Of a stretch of 64,000 nt of DNA, positions 22,270 to 36,366 are shown in pieces. The first letter of the stretch is position 1. Every line of letters starts with the position of its first letter. This DNA comes from an uncultured Acidimicrobiia bacterium. GTDB taxonomy: Bacteria; Actinomycetota; Acidimicrobiia; Acidimicrobiales; AC-14. Below the pieces are notes generated by a model. That model had not been told where the DNA came from, did not search any database, and saw only the letters and a list, made by a program, of their open reading frames with translations. A program made the position numbers and the translations under genes. The stretch covers positions 224,001 through 288,000 of the forward strand of contig CAWIIV010000006.1 of NCBI GenBank assembly GCA_963836205.1, written 5' to 3'.

Positions 22270-23656
22270 GTGCGCGTCCGGCGGGGTCCTCTGCTCCTGG
22301 CCGCGGGCCTGGTCGCGGTCGTGATCGGCCAGGCGATCGTCCTCACCGTCCGGCTGGCCGACGACGGCCGATCCCGTTGGGAGGCGATCGCGGCCGGCCC
22401 CGGCCCGGTCGTGTCCGACATCCTGCTGACCGAGGGCCGAGTGCAGCGGGCAGTCCTCCCGGACGACCGTGACCGGCAGCGGACGCACTCCCTCTACGGC
22501 GACGCCGGCCTCGACGACCCGCTCACCGGCCCGACGCTGGCCGTGGGGACCGTGATCGACGACGCCTACGACGTCGTCCCGACCGCCGAGTCACCCGGGT
22601 TCCGAACGGTCGATCTCGACGGCCGCCGGTTCGCAGTCGGCCACGACCGGGACTGGACCTGGGTCACCTGGCGCCTGGGCTGCTTCGAGGAGTGCTTCGG
22701 CTACGTCGCCGGCCGCAACCTGCCGGAGGCCGACGTGGTGGCCGCCGCCCGCGGCGCCCAGGGCGTCACCGTCGAAGAGCCTGCGCCCACGCTCGCCACC
22801 GAGGCCCTGCTGCCGGGAATGAGTCTGCTGGTCACGGGCGGGCTCGACCTGCGGGGATTCCAACTGGACGGCGCCCAGGAGGTGACCTGGGAGACCGGGG
22901 ACGGCGGGGAGGCGTCACTCACGGTCGTCGACGACGATCGGCTCGCCCTTCTGCTCCGATTCTGGGTCGACGGCCGGCCGACGTCGGTCCGGGGACAGGC
23001 GGGATCGTCCGGCGCCACCGCCGACGTCGGCGTCGACGAGCCCTCCGCCGGTCGGGCCTGGGCGGAGGGCGGCCGGGCCTTCCTGGTGCTCGGGCGGGAC
23101 CTGCCGGACCGGGCGATCGACCGCTTCGTCGACGGGCTGCGGGCGGCCCGGCCGGGCGAGTGGGACGACCTCCGGAGCCGGGTTCTCGACGTCTCCGGCG
23201 CGACAGCCGTCGAGGATTGCCACTACCCGGACGATCCCCGGGCGCCGGTGGGACGTCAGGCCGGGCCCTACCGCTGGGCGGTGGGCTTCGCCGTCGGCCG
23301 GTTCGATCAGTTCGACTTCTGCTTCGTCGTCGTCTCCCCCGACCATCGGCTGGTCGGCGGCGCCAGTCCACCTCTGCCGGTGCCGGGCCGGCTGGCGGTG
23401 GGCGGGTACGGGCTCGGCGGAATCCGCCGAACCGGTCGGCCTGTTCGTGGCGGGTGTGGCGCCGCCCGGGACGGCGCGGGTGACGGTCGAGGTGGCCGGC
23501 CATCCCACCGTCGACGCCGAACTGGCGGACGAGGGGCCGGCGGCGGACGAGCGCTACTTCGCCACCTTCTTGGAGGGGGACCCGAGGGCCGACCCGACCG
23601 TCACCGCCGTCGACGGCTCCGGCGCAGTCCTCGACCGCCGAACGATCATGGCGTAG
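22270..23656 (+). CDS. Membrane-anchored hypothetical protein; frameshift near 23420
   Basis: N-terminal TM; coding-like frame switches to the 23447-23656 frame. Confidence 0.6.
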
Positions 23657-23665
23657 CAGGGTCGG

Positions 23666-24376
23666 TCAGCCGCCGCCCCCGCACACCCGCAGCGCGAACT
23701 CGACGACCGCCGCCTCCAGCGTGTCCCGCTCGACGTCGAGGGTGGCCAGGTGGAAGCTCCGCTCCAGGAGCAGCCGCTCGACCGGGCCGGCCACGCCCGC
23801 GGCCAGCAGGTCGCTCGACACCGGCGGCACCACGTGGTCGTGGCCGCTGGTGACGATCAGGGTGGGACACGTCACCCGGGCCAGCCGGTCGACCAACTCG
23901 TCCTGGGCCTCGAACAGGGAGAGCATGGGCTCGATCGGCCACTGGGGGTAGGCGACCTCCCGGGCGTCGGGCTCCGACACGTCGTTGGCCGGGCCCGGCA
24001 CGCACGTGTGGCCGGCGGCCAGGAACGCCCGCAGCAGCTCCCGGAACGACTCGGCCGGCGGGTCGACGATGGGGTTGACGCAGGCCAGCCCGGCCACGTC
24101 CGGACGGTTCGTCGCCAGCCAGGTGGCCAGCGTGCCGCCCATCGACAGGCCGGCGACCACCGACCGCTCGTGGCGGGCGGCGAGCTTGTCCCACGCCTCC
24201 TCGACCGCGTCCACCCACTCCCCCCAGCGCCGGGGGACGAGGTCGTCGACCGTGGTTCCGTGGCCGGGCAGCAGGGGGGCCTCTACGTCGAAGCCGGCCG
24301 CGGACAACACCCCCGCCACCCCCTCCAGGCTCTGGGGCGTGCTGGTGTAGCCATGGATGACGAGGGCGCCCGGCAT
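23666..24376 (-). CDS. Alpha/beta-hydrolase carboxylesterase
   Basis: IHGYT, LPGHG, GLSMGG, DHVVP, SFH. Confidence 0.9.
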   Translation of the reverse strand: MPGALVIHGYTSTPQSLEGVAGVLSAAGFDVEAPLLPGHGTTVDDLVPRRWGEWVDAVEEAWDKLAARHERSVVAGLSMGGTLATWLATNRPDVAGLACVNPIVDPPAESFRELLRAFLAAGHTCVPGPANDVSEPDAREVAYPQWPIEPMLSLFEAQDELVDRLARVTCPTLIVTSGHDHVVPPVSSDLLAAGVAGPVERLLLERSFHLATLDVERDTLEAAVVEFALRVCGGGG

Positions 24377-24415
24377 GTGCCGGCCAGGGTATTGGGCACG
24401 GCTACGGTGCATCGG

Positions 24416-24832
24416 ATGGACCGTTTCCCCTTCCTTTCCGACGAGTGGGTCGCGGCGGCCCGCCAGATCCGGGAGGAGTACGGCGAGCTCGACGACGGCA
24501 TCCCCGACAACATCCGCATGAACCAGGTGATCACCGAGGTGCCGTTCGGGACGGGGACGGTCAAGGCCCATCTCGACACCACGTCCGGCTCCCTCGAGAT
24601 GGACATCGGCCACCTCGAGCGGGCCGACGTCACCGTCACCCTCGACTACGCCACGGCCAAGTCGGTCTTCGTCGACGGCACCGTGGGCGCGGCCATGACC
24701 GCCTTCATGGCCGGCAAGGTCCGGGTCCAGGGCGAGATGGCCAAGCTCCTGGCCGCCCTCCAGCAGCTGACCCCGGCCGACGAGTCCTCGGCCACCGCCG
24801 TCCAGCAGCGCATCCGGGAGATCACCGCCTGA
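24416..24832 (+). CDS. SCP2 sterol-binding domain protein
   Basis: FLSDEW, AFMAGKVRVQGEMAKL. Confidence 0.85.
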   Translation: MDRFPFLSDEWVAAARQIREEYGELDDGIPDNIRMNQVITEVPFGTGTVKAHLDTTSGSLEMDIGHLERADVTVTLDYATAKSVFVDGTVGAAMTAFMAGKVRVQGEMAKLLAALQQLTPADESSATAVQQRIREITA

Positions 24833-24858
24833 GTCGCCGCCCCCGGCTCGGCGGCGGG

Positions 24859-26988
24859 TCAGAGCAGGTAGATGGTGACCGACGAGCCGGGCGCGACCTT
24901 GGTGCCCTCGCCGGGGAGGGTGAGGAAGACGTCGCCGCCGGACGGGCCGAACTTGCCGCCGACCTCGAGCCCGACGGCGGACAGGGCGGAGGCGGCCTCG
25001 TCTGCGGAGAGGCCGTTGAGCTCGGGCACCGCCGGCCGGCCCTTGGAGATGGTCACGGTGACGGTGCTGCCCCGTGTGATCCTCTCGCCGGCACCGGGGG
25101 CGGCGGCGACCACCTTGCCTGCGGCCCCGTCGTCGTCGGTGTAGGTGTCGACCCGCTCCGCCTCCAGACCGACCGCGTCGAGGGCGGCGACGGCCTCGTC
25201 GTAGGTCTTGCCGGCCAGGTTGGGCACCTCGCGGAGGGCGGGGCCGGAGGAGACGACGATGTCGACGGTGGCGCCCTTGGGGGGGGTCTCGCCCTTCCGC
25301 GTCCAGTCGAGGACACCGCCCACGGGCACCGTCTCGTCGTTGCGGGCCGTGACTGCGCCAACCACGTGGCCCACCGCTTCGATGGCCTGGCGGGCGCCGG
25401 CCTCGTCGAGTGGGCCGAGGTCGGGCACGGCAGTCGGAGGCGGCCCCTTGGAGACGACGAGGGTGACCTGCTTGCCCTCCTTGAGGGTGGCGCTGCCGCC
25501 GCCGGGCGGGTCCTGCTCCTTGACCTCGCCCGGCGTCGAGCCGTCGAAGAACTCCTGGCGGATCTGGACGTCGAACTTGAGGTTGCGCAGGGCGGTGGCC
25601 GCCTCCAGCTCGGGCTGGCCCACGACGTCGGGCAGGGGATGGCTGGGTGCCTGGTTGCTCACCAGCAGGTACGACCCGGCACCGACGCCGCCGGCGAGGA
25701 TCAGGAAGAGGAGGACGAGGTACGGCCACCTCCGCCGGCGCCGGCGTCCGGCCTTGGAGAGCTCGGGTGGCACGTAGGGCGCGGCCGCGGGCTCGGGCTT
25801 GCGGGAAACGGCGGTGGGCGCCGCCTGGCGGACGGTGGCGTCGGTGGTGGCGGCGGCCGCCGATCGGGCCGTGGCCGGGGGGACGGTTGGGGTGGCACCG
25901 GTGGACTCGGGTCCGGGGGTGGCGACGAAGCTGGTGGCGTCGAGGTCGTCGTGGGCGCCGAGCGATGGCACCGGCGATGGCGACGGGGCCGGCGGGACAG
26001 TTCGGGCCGCCGTGGGCACGGGCGGGTCGGGCACGGCTTGGGTCGGCGCCGGTGGGCGGGCCGTCTCTCCCGGGCGGTGGCCGACGTCGGTGGGGTCGGC
26101 GATGGGGCCCAGCTCGTCGACGGTGGCCGCGCCGGCCAGCGGCAGGGGCTCGGGGGCGGGCAGGGTGAGGGCGACAGACTGGAGGGCGCTGGCCAGCCCG
26201 GCCGCGTCGAGGCGCTCGGCGGGGTCGGGGCGACCGGCCCGGGCGACGACCGCGGCCAGCGGTCCGAGCTCGGGGGGAGGCTCGATGGGGCGGTCGAGGC
26301 GGCCCATGAGGGTGGCGACGGTGGTGTCGGCCGCGAACGGCACCCGGCCGGTGACCGCCTCCACCAGCACCAGGGCCAGCGAGTAGACGTCGGCCCGGCC
26401 GTCGATGGGCGCCCCGCTCACCTGCTCGGGCGACGCGTAGCGGGCGGTGCCGAGGACGGCGCCGATGGGCTCTGTCCACGCTGCCTCGGCGAGGGCCCGG
26501 GCCAGCCCGAAGTCGCCGATGCGCAACCGGCCCTCGAGGTCGAAGAGGAGGTTGGCGGGCTTGATGTCGCGATGGACGAGCCCCCGCCGGTGGGCGTAGT
26601 CGAGGCCCCGGGCCGCCTCCAGGCCGACGAGGAGGGCCTGGGAGGGGCTCAGCCGCCGGCCCCGGTCGAGCACCGACCGCAGGCTGCCCCCGCCCAGGTA
26701 CTCGCAGACGAGGTAGGGACCCTCCTCCTCCTCGCCCCAGTCGTAGACGGCCATGACGTTGGGGTGGTTGAGGGCGGCCGCGGCCCGGGCCTCGGCGCGG
26801 AAGCGCTTGAGGAAGGCTTCGTCGTCGGCCAGGGCCGGGTGCAGCATCTTGACCGCCACCCGGCGGCGCAGGCGCACGTCGTCGGCCACGAACACATGCC
26901 CGGAACCACCGCTTCCGACCGGGGCCAACAGCCGGTAGCGGTCGCCGAGGACGCGACCGATGTGGTCGGCCATCCGCGTCGAACCCAC
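24859..26988 (-). CDS. Ser/Thr protein kinase with TM and PASTA repeats
   Basis: GSGGSG, VAVK, HRDIKPAN, DFG, SPE; TM; VPDL/VPNL/VPEL repeats. Confidence 0.93.
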   Translation of the reverse strand: MGSTRMADHIGRVLGDRYRLLAPVGSGGSGHVFVADDVRLRRRVAVKMLHPALADDEAFLKRFRAEARAAAALNHPNVMAVYDWGEEEEGPYLVCEYLGGGSLRSVLDRGRRLSPSQALLVGLEAARGLDYAHRRGLVHRDIKPANLLFDLEGRLRIGDFGLARALAEAAWTEPIGAVLGTARYASPEQVSGAPIDGRADVYSLALVLVEAVTGRVPFAADTTVATLMGRLDRPIEPPPELGPLAAVVARAGRPDPAERLDAAGLASALQSVALTLPAPEPLPLAGAATVDELGPIADPTDVGHRPGETARPPAPTQAVPDPPVPTAARTVPPAPSPSPVPSLGAHDDLDATSFVATPGPESTGATPTVPPATARSAAAATTDATVRQAAPTAVSRKPEPAAAPYVPPELSKAGRRRRRRWPYLVLLFLILAGGVGAGSYLLVSNQAPSHPLPDVVGQPELEAATALRNLKFDVQIRQEFFDGSTPGEVKEQDPPGGGSATLKEGKQVTLVVSKGPPPTAVPDLGPLDEAGARQAIEAVGHVVGAVTARNDETVPVGGVLDWTRKGETPPKGATVDIVVSSGPALREVPNLAGKTYDEAVAALDAVGLEAERVDTYTDDDGAAGKVVAAAPGAGERITRGSTVTVTISKGRPAVPELNGLSADEAASALSAVGLEVGGKFGPSGGDVFLTLPGEGTKVAPGSSVTIYLL

Positions 26989-27105
26989 GTGCCCAAGGCT
27001 ACCGTGCCGGACCCTGCCCACCGAGGCATGCTCCCCCTGTGAGAATGACGCCACCGTGAAATCCGTCACCCGAACCACTCCCCGCCAACTCCCCGTGATC
27101 GCCCC

Positions 27106-27504
27106 GTGAAGCGCCGGATCGTCATGACCCTCATCGCCGGCGTGGCGGTGGCCGGGTTCATCTTCGCCTTCTCCGGGCCCAAGCAGGAGACCGTGGGGAG
27201 GCTGCCCCCGGCGGTCGAGCGGGTCTCGCCGCCCGGTGGCGACCTCGACCTGCGCCAGACCACCATCTCGGCCGACCTCGCCCCGAGCTACACCGGCTAC
27301 CTGCTCCTCGACGGCGTCGAGGTCCCCCGCGACGACCTCCAGTTCGTGGCTGCCCTCAACAGCATCACCCTGATGCCCCAGCCCGGGAGCGACTTCGAGG
27401 CGCTCCAGCCCGGTCCCCACTGCGCCACCGTCGTCTACAACGTGATCGGCCAGCCGGAAACGCCGGGGGCGGGCCGGTTCCAGTGGTGCTTCCGGCTGCA
27501 CTGA
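27106..27504 (+). CDS. Hypothetical exported protein
   Basis: N-terminal hydrophobic helix, beta-rich body. Confidence 0.7.
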   Translation: MKRRIVMTLIAGVAVAGFIFAFSGPKQETVGRLPPAVERVSPPGGDLDLRQTTISADLAPSYTGYLLLDGVEVPRDDLQFVAALNSITLMPQPGSDFEALQPGPHCATVVYNVIGQPETPGAGRFQWCFRLH

Positions 27505-27511
27505 GCGGACG

Positions 27512-28027
27512 GTGACCCCGCCGGCGCCGGAACCGCCGGAACCGCCGGGGCCGTCGGAGCCGCCCGACTGCCTGTTCTGCGCCATCATCGCCGGGCAGTC
27601 GCCGGCGGTGGTCGTCCTCGACGACGATCACGCCCTGGCCTTCCTCGACGTACGGCCGGTGTTCCCGGGCCACGTGCTTCTCGTACCCCGGACCCATCAC
27701 GAGACCCTCGCCGACCTTCCGCCGCACGACGTGGGCGCCCTCTTCCTCACCGCCCAACGGCTGGCCCGGGCGGTCGAGGACGGCCTGGGCGCCGACGGCA
27801 CGTTCGTGGCCATCAACAACAAGGTCAGCCAGAGCGTCCCCCACATGCACGTCCACGTGGTGCCCCGCCGGCGCAAGGACGGCCTGCGGGGCTTCTTCTG
27901 GCCCCGCACCCGCTACGCCGACGACGCCGACATGGAGCAGACGGCCGCCCGCATCCGGACCGCCCTCCCGCCGACGCCGAACCGGGCCGGTGACGGGCCT
28001 GGCTCCATCACCGGCGGCCCGACCTAG
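27512..28027 (+). CDS. HIT family hydrolase
   Basis: CLFC and HMHVH triad. Confidence 0.92.
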   Translation: MTPPAPEPPEPPGPSEPPDCLFCAIIAGQSPAVVVLDDDHALAFLDVRPVFPGHVLLVPRTHHETLADLPPHDVGALFLTAQRLARAVEDGLGADGTFVAINNKVSQSVPHMHVHVVPRRRKDGLRGFFWPRTRYADDADMEQTAARIRTALPPTPNRAGDGPGSITGGPT

Positions 28028-29334
28028 GACTGCACGTCCACACCGTCGATGTAGAACGGGCCGTTGAACGGAACCCCGGCGGGCACGTGGAAGTGCAGGC
28101 CGAGCTCGATCCATGACCCGGCCGTGCCGCGGGTGTCCCAGGAGATCGTCTGCCACCGTCCGGGGGCAAGCTCGACATAGTCGCTCTCGGAGGAGCGGTA
28201 GCCGGGGTCGAACCGGATCAGCTTGACCGTCGTGCACGCCGACGGGCCGCAGGTGGCGGCGCCGTCGGGCACCCAGACGCGCGCCGTGACGAGCGAGGGG
28301 CCCAGACTGAGGCGCACCGCGACGTAGGAGTCACCCCCGGCGGTGCTGGTCGGCGAGAAGGCCAGGCTCGCGGCCCCGTCCCAGGCCTGGTCTGCGCTGA
28401 CCGACACCGCCTGGCCGCACACCTGGACCGAACCCCCGGGATGTTCTCCCCAGCAGCCGTTGCCCGCCTCGAAACCCTCGCGCAGGACGATGCTCGGGTC
28501 GTCGACCGGCAGGACAGGCACCGAGGTGTCCGCGGCCTGGTCGGCCGCAGGGGGTGACGGCGGCACGGGCTCGAGGTTGGCGTCGGGTTGGGCTGCGGCC
28601 GCCGGCAGAGGCGCTTGGCGACCCGGCTCGGCTGTCGTCGATACGGCTATCGGAGCGACCACCGACGTCGGCGCGGTCGAGACCGGCACCGTGGTCGGCG
28701 CCTCCGACACGAGCCTGTCGTCGTCGCGGCCAGGAGCACGGCTGATGTCCCGGGCGACGACGACGACGATCAGGGCCACGATCACCCCGGGCACCCAGAC
28801 CAACCACCGATGCCCCGTCCCCCGCTCCCGGCCCGCGGGGGTGGGCACGAGCGGATGGTGGTCGCCGGTGCTTGCGCCGGCCGCCAGCTCCGTGGTCACC
28901 TCGGAGCCGCCGGCGCCCGACCCGGATTGGGATTCGGACGACCGAGGCGATTCGAGGTCGGGTACGAGTGCCGATGGCGCGGCCGCGTCGAGCCGATCGC
29001 TCTCGGCCGGGCCCGCCTCGTCGCCCTCGGGCGGTAAGACGACCGGCATCGCCGACCCGACGGCTGCGCCGGCGTCCCGGCTCTCCCTGGCCGCGAGCAC
29101 GTCGCCCCGCAACTGCACCAAGGGAGGCTCGCCGTCGCGGGGCAGCACGACCGCGTCGAACCTCTGGCAGAACCGGAGCGAAGGATTGTCCTGGCCGGTC
29201 TCGACGCCGGAGATGTAGGCCTCGGAGAACCCGATCGCGGCATGCAGGTCGCGCTGCGAGTAACCCTCCCGGTGCCGTCGATCCCTTATCGCGGTACGCA
29301 CGACCGACCACTCGTCGACGCGAGGTCCCTCCAT
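28024..29334 (-). CDS. XRE-HTH + TM + extracellular CBM-like domain protein
   Basis: YSQRDL..FSEAYISGVETG HTH; TM WLVWVPGVIVALIVVVVA; C-terminal beta-sandwich ending FYIDGV. Confidence 0.75.
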   Translation of the reverse strand: MEGPRVDEWSVVRTAIRDRRHREGYSQRDLHAAIGFSEAYISGVETGQDNPSLRFCQRFDAVVLPRDGEPPLVQLRGDVLAARESRDAGAAVGSAMPVVLPPEGDEAGPAESDRLDAAAPSALVPDLESPRSSESQSGSGAGGSEVTTELAAGASTGDHHPLVPTPAGRERGTGHRWLVWVPGVIVALIVVVVARDISRAPGRDDDRLVSEAPTTVPVSTAPTSVVAPIAVSTTAEPGRQAPLPAAAAQPDANLEPVPPSPPAADQAADTSVPVLPVDDPSIVLREGFEAGNGCWGEHPGGSVQVCGQAVSVSADQAWDGAASLAFSPTSTAGGDSYVAVRLSLGPSLVTARVWVPDGAATCGPSACTTVKLIRFDPGYRSSESDYVELAPGRWQTISWDTRGTAGSWIELGLHFHVPAGVPFNGPFYIDGVDVQS

Positions 29335-29489
29335 CAGGCGGGCCTGATCGGAGCCGGATCGCCCTGGCCCGGGCAGAAGCCAGGTTTGGGGGTTTGGACG
29401 GCTGGCCCAAGGTTGTCCCAAGCCCTCACCCTCGGCATCACGTTGTCCTGGTCGACGACCGGGACCGGGCCCCCCGAGGAGGATGCACC

Positions 29490-31319
29490 ATGCGCGAGCA
29501 GCTCGAACGCACCATTCCCACCCCCCCACCGCCGGAGCTACGCACCGGGGCGGAGCCTACCGGCGGACGACGCGAAGTGGGTCGTCGCCGGCTGCCTGAG
29601 CCGTCGAGGATCACGGCTGCCGTCGCCGTGACGGTCCTCCTGTGCCTGTGCGCCATCGCACCGGCGACGGCCGGTGCCGGTGCGGCGACGGCGCCCGACC
29701 GGGCGTTCGAGGCCATCGGGCCGGACGGCGACTGGTTGGCCCAGGACTACGCCGATTCCCGCGGCGTCACCAGCGTCCGCCAGGTGGGCACGACGTTGGT
29801 CGCCGACGCCCGCCTCGTCGGGGGCGACTGGCAGCGGGCCAAGGGCGAGGTCTACAGCGACCTTCGCTACTTCGTCGGCGTGGAGGACAGCTACCTCGAC
29901 CTGCGCGCCCGATCGGTGAAGGCCGTCGTGCGGGTCCCCGCCGCGTTCGTCGGCGACCGGTCCCGTCCCAACGGCATCCAGGTGTTCGTGAAGGACAGCA
30001 GCTTCCGCTCGCAGTACGGGCCGTGGGTGAACGTGTCGGGTGCCGGTGACATCGCCGCCGGCCTCGCCGTCGGCACGTCGGGCGCAGCCTTCACCGCCCC
30101 TGGTTTCGATCCCTCGAAGGTGCGGGTCCTGGGCGTGAAGATCGCCATCGGTACCGGGTCGGTCGCCACCTTCACCGGGCAGGCGACTGTGCTCTCCTAC
30201 GCCGTCAACCCCGGGCTCCGGCTGGCGGCGCGTCCCCTGAGCGACGTGGCCGTTCCCGCGGCCGTGTTCCCGACCGGTCACCGGCTCGTCGCAGGGCCCT
30301 CCGGCTTCACCCTGAACGGCCGGAGGTTGTTCGCCACCGGCGGCAACTTCGTCCCCATCGAATACGGGCAGAGCTTCGGCATGACCGGCTGGTACCCGGC
30401 CGGCAACGGCGTGTCCCGCCACCCGAACTACATCGCGTCCCGCGTCGCACTTTTCCGAAAGGCACGAGCACACGTGGTCAGGGTCCCGCTGGTGGCTGAC
30501 GGGCGCTCCGTGCTCGACGCCCAGGGGGCGGTGGTCGGGTACGACGACAGGTTCCGCGCCGACGTGGGCGCACTGCTGTCGATCGCGGCGCAGAACGACG
30601 TCAAGGTCGAGCTGACGCTCGTCGACTTCCCGGTGGCCGACCGGGCCCGAGTCGTCGATGGCGTGCGCCTCGGAGGACGCGCCGCGATCTTCACCAATCC
30701 GGCGACCCGTGAGCAGTTCTTCACCCAGCTGGTCGACCCGATGCTCCGGCGCTACCGCGCCGACCCGGGCATCCAGGCCGTCGACTGCGGCAACGAGATC
30801 CTCGATTGGCTGGTCGCCGCCTCCGAGGGCGGTGGGTGGAACTACGTCGACCCCGCCACCCGGGTCGAGTCGCCGATCCCGCTCGCCGACGTGCGGGCCT
30901 TCGTCGCCCGATGCGTCGCGAGCGTCCGCGCCAACGCGCCGGGTGTGCTGGTCACGGTGGGCGTCGGCGCCCAGTTCGCACGGCTGGCGGGCGGTCTCGG
31001 GCTCGACTACCTCGCCATCCACCACTACCCCTACATGGGCAGGCTCGCCGCCCTCGTCGGCCGCTTCCCGGCCGGGCCCTGGTCGCTCGAGGAGTACCCG
31101 ACGAGCGACGCCGAGTACGCGGCAAGCGCGAGCGGAGGCGGACCCGGATCGCTGCCGGCGTATCTGGACGACGCCCGCCGCCTGGGCGCCGCCGGCGGCC
31201 TGCTGTGGAGCCTGAACCCCGGGCAGGACGGCGCCACCGCCGCCCCCGCCCGCTTCGCCGGCATCCTCACCGAGCACCTCACCTGGTGCCGGACACACCC
31301 GCCGTCATTCTGCGTGTAG
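29490..31319 (+). CDS. Secreted clan GH-A (GH5-like) glycoside hydrolase with N-terminal CBM-like domain
   Basis: GAGGAGG RBS; signal-like helix; GNE acid/base, HHYP, LEEYP nucleophile, LLWS. Confidence 0.75.
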   Translation: MREQLERTIPTPPPPELRTGAEPTGGRREVGRRRLPEPSRITAAVAVTVLLCLCAIAPATAGAGAATAPDRAFEAIGPDGDWLAQDYADSRGVTSVRQVGTTLVADARLVGGDWQRAKGEVYSDLRYFVGVEDSYLDLRARSVKAVVRVPAAFVGDRSRPNGIQVFVKDSSFRSQYGPWVNVSGAGDIAAGLAVGTSGAAFTAPGFDPSKVRVLGVKIAIGTGSVATFTGQATVLSYAVNPGLRLAARPLSDVAVPAAVFPTGHRLVAGPSGFTLNGRRLFATGGNFVPIEYGQSFGMTGWYPAGNGVSRHPNYIASRVALFRKARAHVVRVPLVADGRSVLDAQGAVVGYDDRFRADVGALLSIAAQNDVKVELTLVDFPVADRARVVDGVRLGGRAAIFTNPATREQFFTQLVDPMLRRYRADPGIQAVDCGNEILDWLVAASEGGGWNYVDPATRVESPIPLADVRAFVARCVASVRANAPGVLVTVGVGAQFARLAGGLGLDYLAIHHYPYMGRLAALVGRFPAGPWSLEEYPTSDAEYAASASGGGPGSLPAYLDDARRLGAAGGLLWSLNPGQDGATAAPARFAGILTEHLTWCRTHPPSFCV

Positions 31320-31373
31320 GCGGGCGACGTTGCGTCGGGGTGGCGGCCAGTACCCGGGCCGCCACCTCGACGT

Positions 31374-32030
31374 TCACAAACGGCGACTGAGCATCCCCCG
31401 CCATTCGGCGGCCAGGGCGTCGACCGCCAGCAGCTCGTCGATCAGCTCGGGCGACGCGTGGCCAGGGCGGGCGGCGTCGTGGACGGCGAAGACGGTGACG
31501 CCGGCCGGGTGCTGCTCGACGACGGCGATCGGCCCCGCCACCGGTACCGCCCCCTCCTCCAGCACCCGCAGGTACCAGCCGGTGCGGTCGGTGTCCCGGA
31601 ACAGGCGGCCGATGTCGCCCCGCCCCCGGTGGATGGCAAGCTTGTAGCAGGGCCACCGGGGCTGGCAGACCTCGAGGAGGGCGTCGCCCCAGCGCCACCG
31701 GTCGCCGATGCACACGTCCTCCTCCCGCCAGCCGGCGGTGGACAGGTTCTCCCCGAACGGTGCCGGCCCCAGGTCGGGGTCGTCCAGCTCGGCGGCCCAG
31801 GCCGGCAGGTGCTCCGACGGGTAGGCGTAGACCGCCTTGTCCCGCCCCCCGTGGACCTCGAGGTCGGCCTGGCCGTCGCCCTCCAGGTTGAGCGCCGACA
31901 GCCACAGCTCGGCGGTCCCGTCCGCCACCGGCTGCTTGGCGATGCCGCTGGTCACCGGATGGCCCCGGTGCATCCCCAGATACGCCGGCTTCCCCACGTT
32001 GACCGCCTTCAGCCCCACCGACCGCCTCAC
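31374..32030 (-). CDS. MOSC domain protein (YiiM-like)
   Basis: GDGQAD, HGGRDKAV, FGENL, QPRWPCYKL, TGWYLRV; start uncertain. Confidence 0.9.
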   Translation of the reverse strand: MRRSVGLKAVNVGKPAYLGMHRGHPVTSGIAKQPVADGTAELWLSALNLEGDGQADLEVHGGRDKAVYAYPSEHLPAWAAELDDPDLGPAPFGENLSTAGWREEDVCIGDRWRWGDALLEVCQPRWPCYKLAIHRGRGDIGRLFRDTDRTGWYLRVLEEGAVPVAGPIAVVEQHPAGVTVFAVHDAARPGHASPELIDELLAVDALAAEWRGMLSRRL

Positions 32031-32048
32031 CGGGTAACATCGCGATGC

Positions 32049-32281
32049 ATGAAGCACGATGTGCGACGCACGACGGTGGCCGCCGACGTCGACGATCTCG
32101 CCACCCTCGAAGCCGATGCCGCCCGGCGGGGGGTATCACTCACGACGGTGCTGGCGGAGGCGGTCGCCGAGAAGGCCGCCGCCCTCCGCCAGCGACGGCC
32201 CCGCTTCGGTGTGGCTCGTTCGACGGACGGCCGGTCGGCCCGCGAGGTCGCGGCCGAGCCGGTAGCCGACCCGCCCGCCTG

Positions 32282-32282
<1 letters not shown>
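32049..32282 (+). CDS. vapB: RHH-type VapB antitoxin
   Basis: RRTTV..AARRGVSLTTVLAEAV; TGATG overlap with PIN gene. Confidence 0.75.
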
Positions 32283-35703
<3,421 letters not shown>

Positions 35704-35772
35704 GTTCCGAGCCCGCGAGCTCGGTGCGTTCGACCGCGCCGGCTGATGGTCCTCGGCGTACCCTGGATCCCG

Positions 35773-36330
35773 ATGAGCACGGCCGAGACCTGGTCATGGG
35801 ACGAGGCCGCCTTCGTGCTGGCATGGGAGGCGGGGGTGTTCGGCGAGGCACGCGTCGAGCTCGTCCGCGGGGAGGTATGGCCGGTGACGATCGGGGCCTG
35901 GCATGGCGTCGTCGCCGCCAACGTCGCCCACCTCCTCCGGCACCCGGGATGGACGGTCTCGCTGGCGACATTGCCGGCGGGGGATTCTCTGCCCGACCCG
36001 GACGCCTGGCTCGTCCGGCGGGGCGCCGTCCCTCTCGCCCGATTGGGCGGCACCGGGCGGCTGGCCCGTTGGAACCCGGCCGATGTCGCACTCGTGGTCG
36101 AAGTGGCCGACACCTCCCTGGTCGCCGATACGCAGGTGAAGGCTGCCGTCTACGGCGCCGCGGCCTACGCCACCTATTGGGTCGTCCACCGGGGAGGGGT
36201 GGAGGTTTTCAGCGAACCGTTCGAGGGCGGGTATCGACGTCGCGAACACGTGGCCGTCGATGGCGTCGTTACCGTGCCGGGATCAGGCGTCACCCTCGCC
36301 GTCGCCGAGCTGCTCGACGACGCCGACTGA
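35773..36330 (+). CDS. Uma2-family PD-(D/E)XK endonuclease
   Basis: RVELVRG, PDPD, VVEVADTS, K..Y, YWVV. Confidence 0.85.
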   Translation: MSTAETWSWDEAAFVLAWEAGVFGEARVELVRGEVWPVTIGAWHGVVAANVAHLLRHPGWTVSLATLPAGDSLPDPDAWLVRRGAVPLARLGGTGRLARWNPADVALVVEVADTSLVADTQVKAAVYGAAAYATYWVVHRGGVEVFSEPFEGGYRRREHVAVDGVVTVPGSGVTLAVAELLDDAD

Positions 36331-36366
36331 AGGATCGCCGACCAGCCGCACGACTGCGAACCTGCC

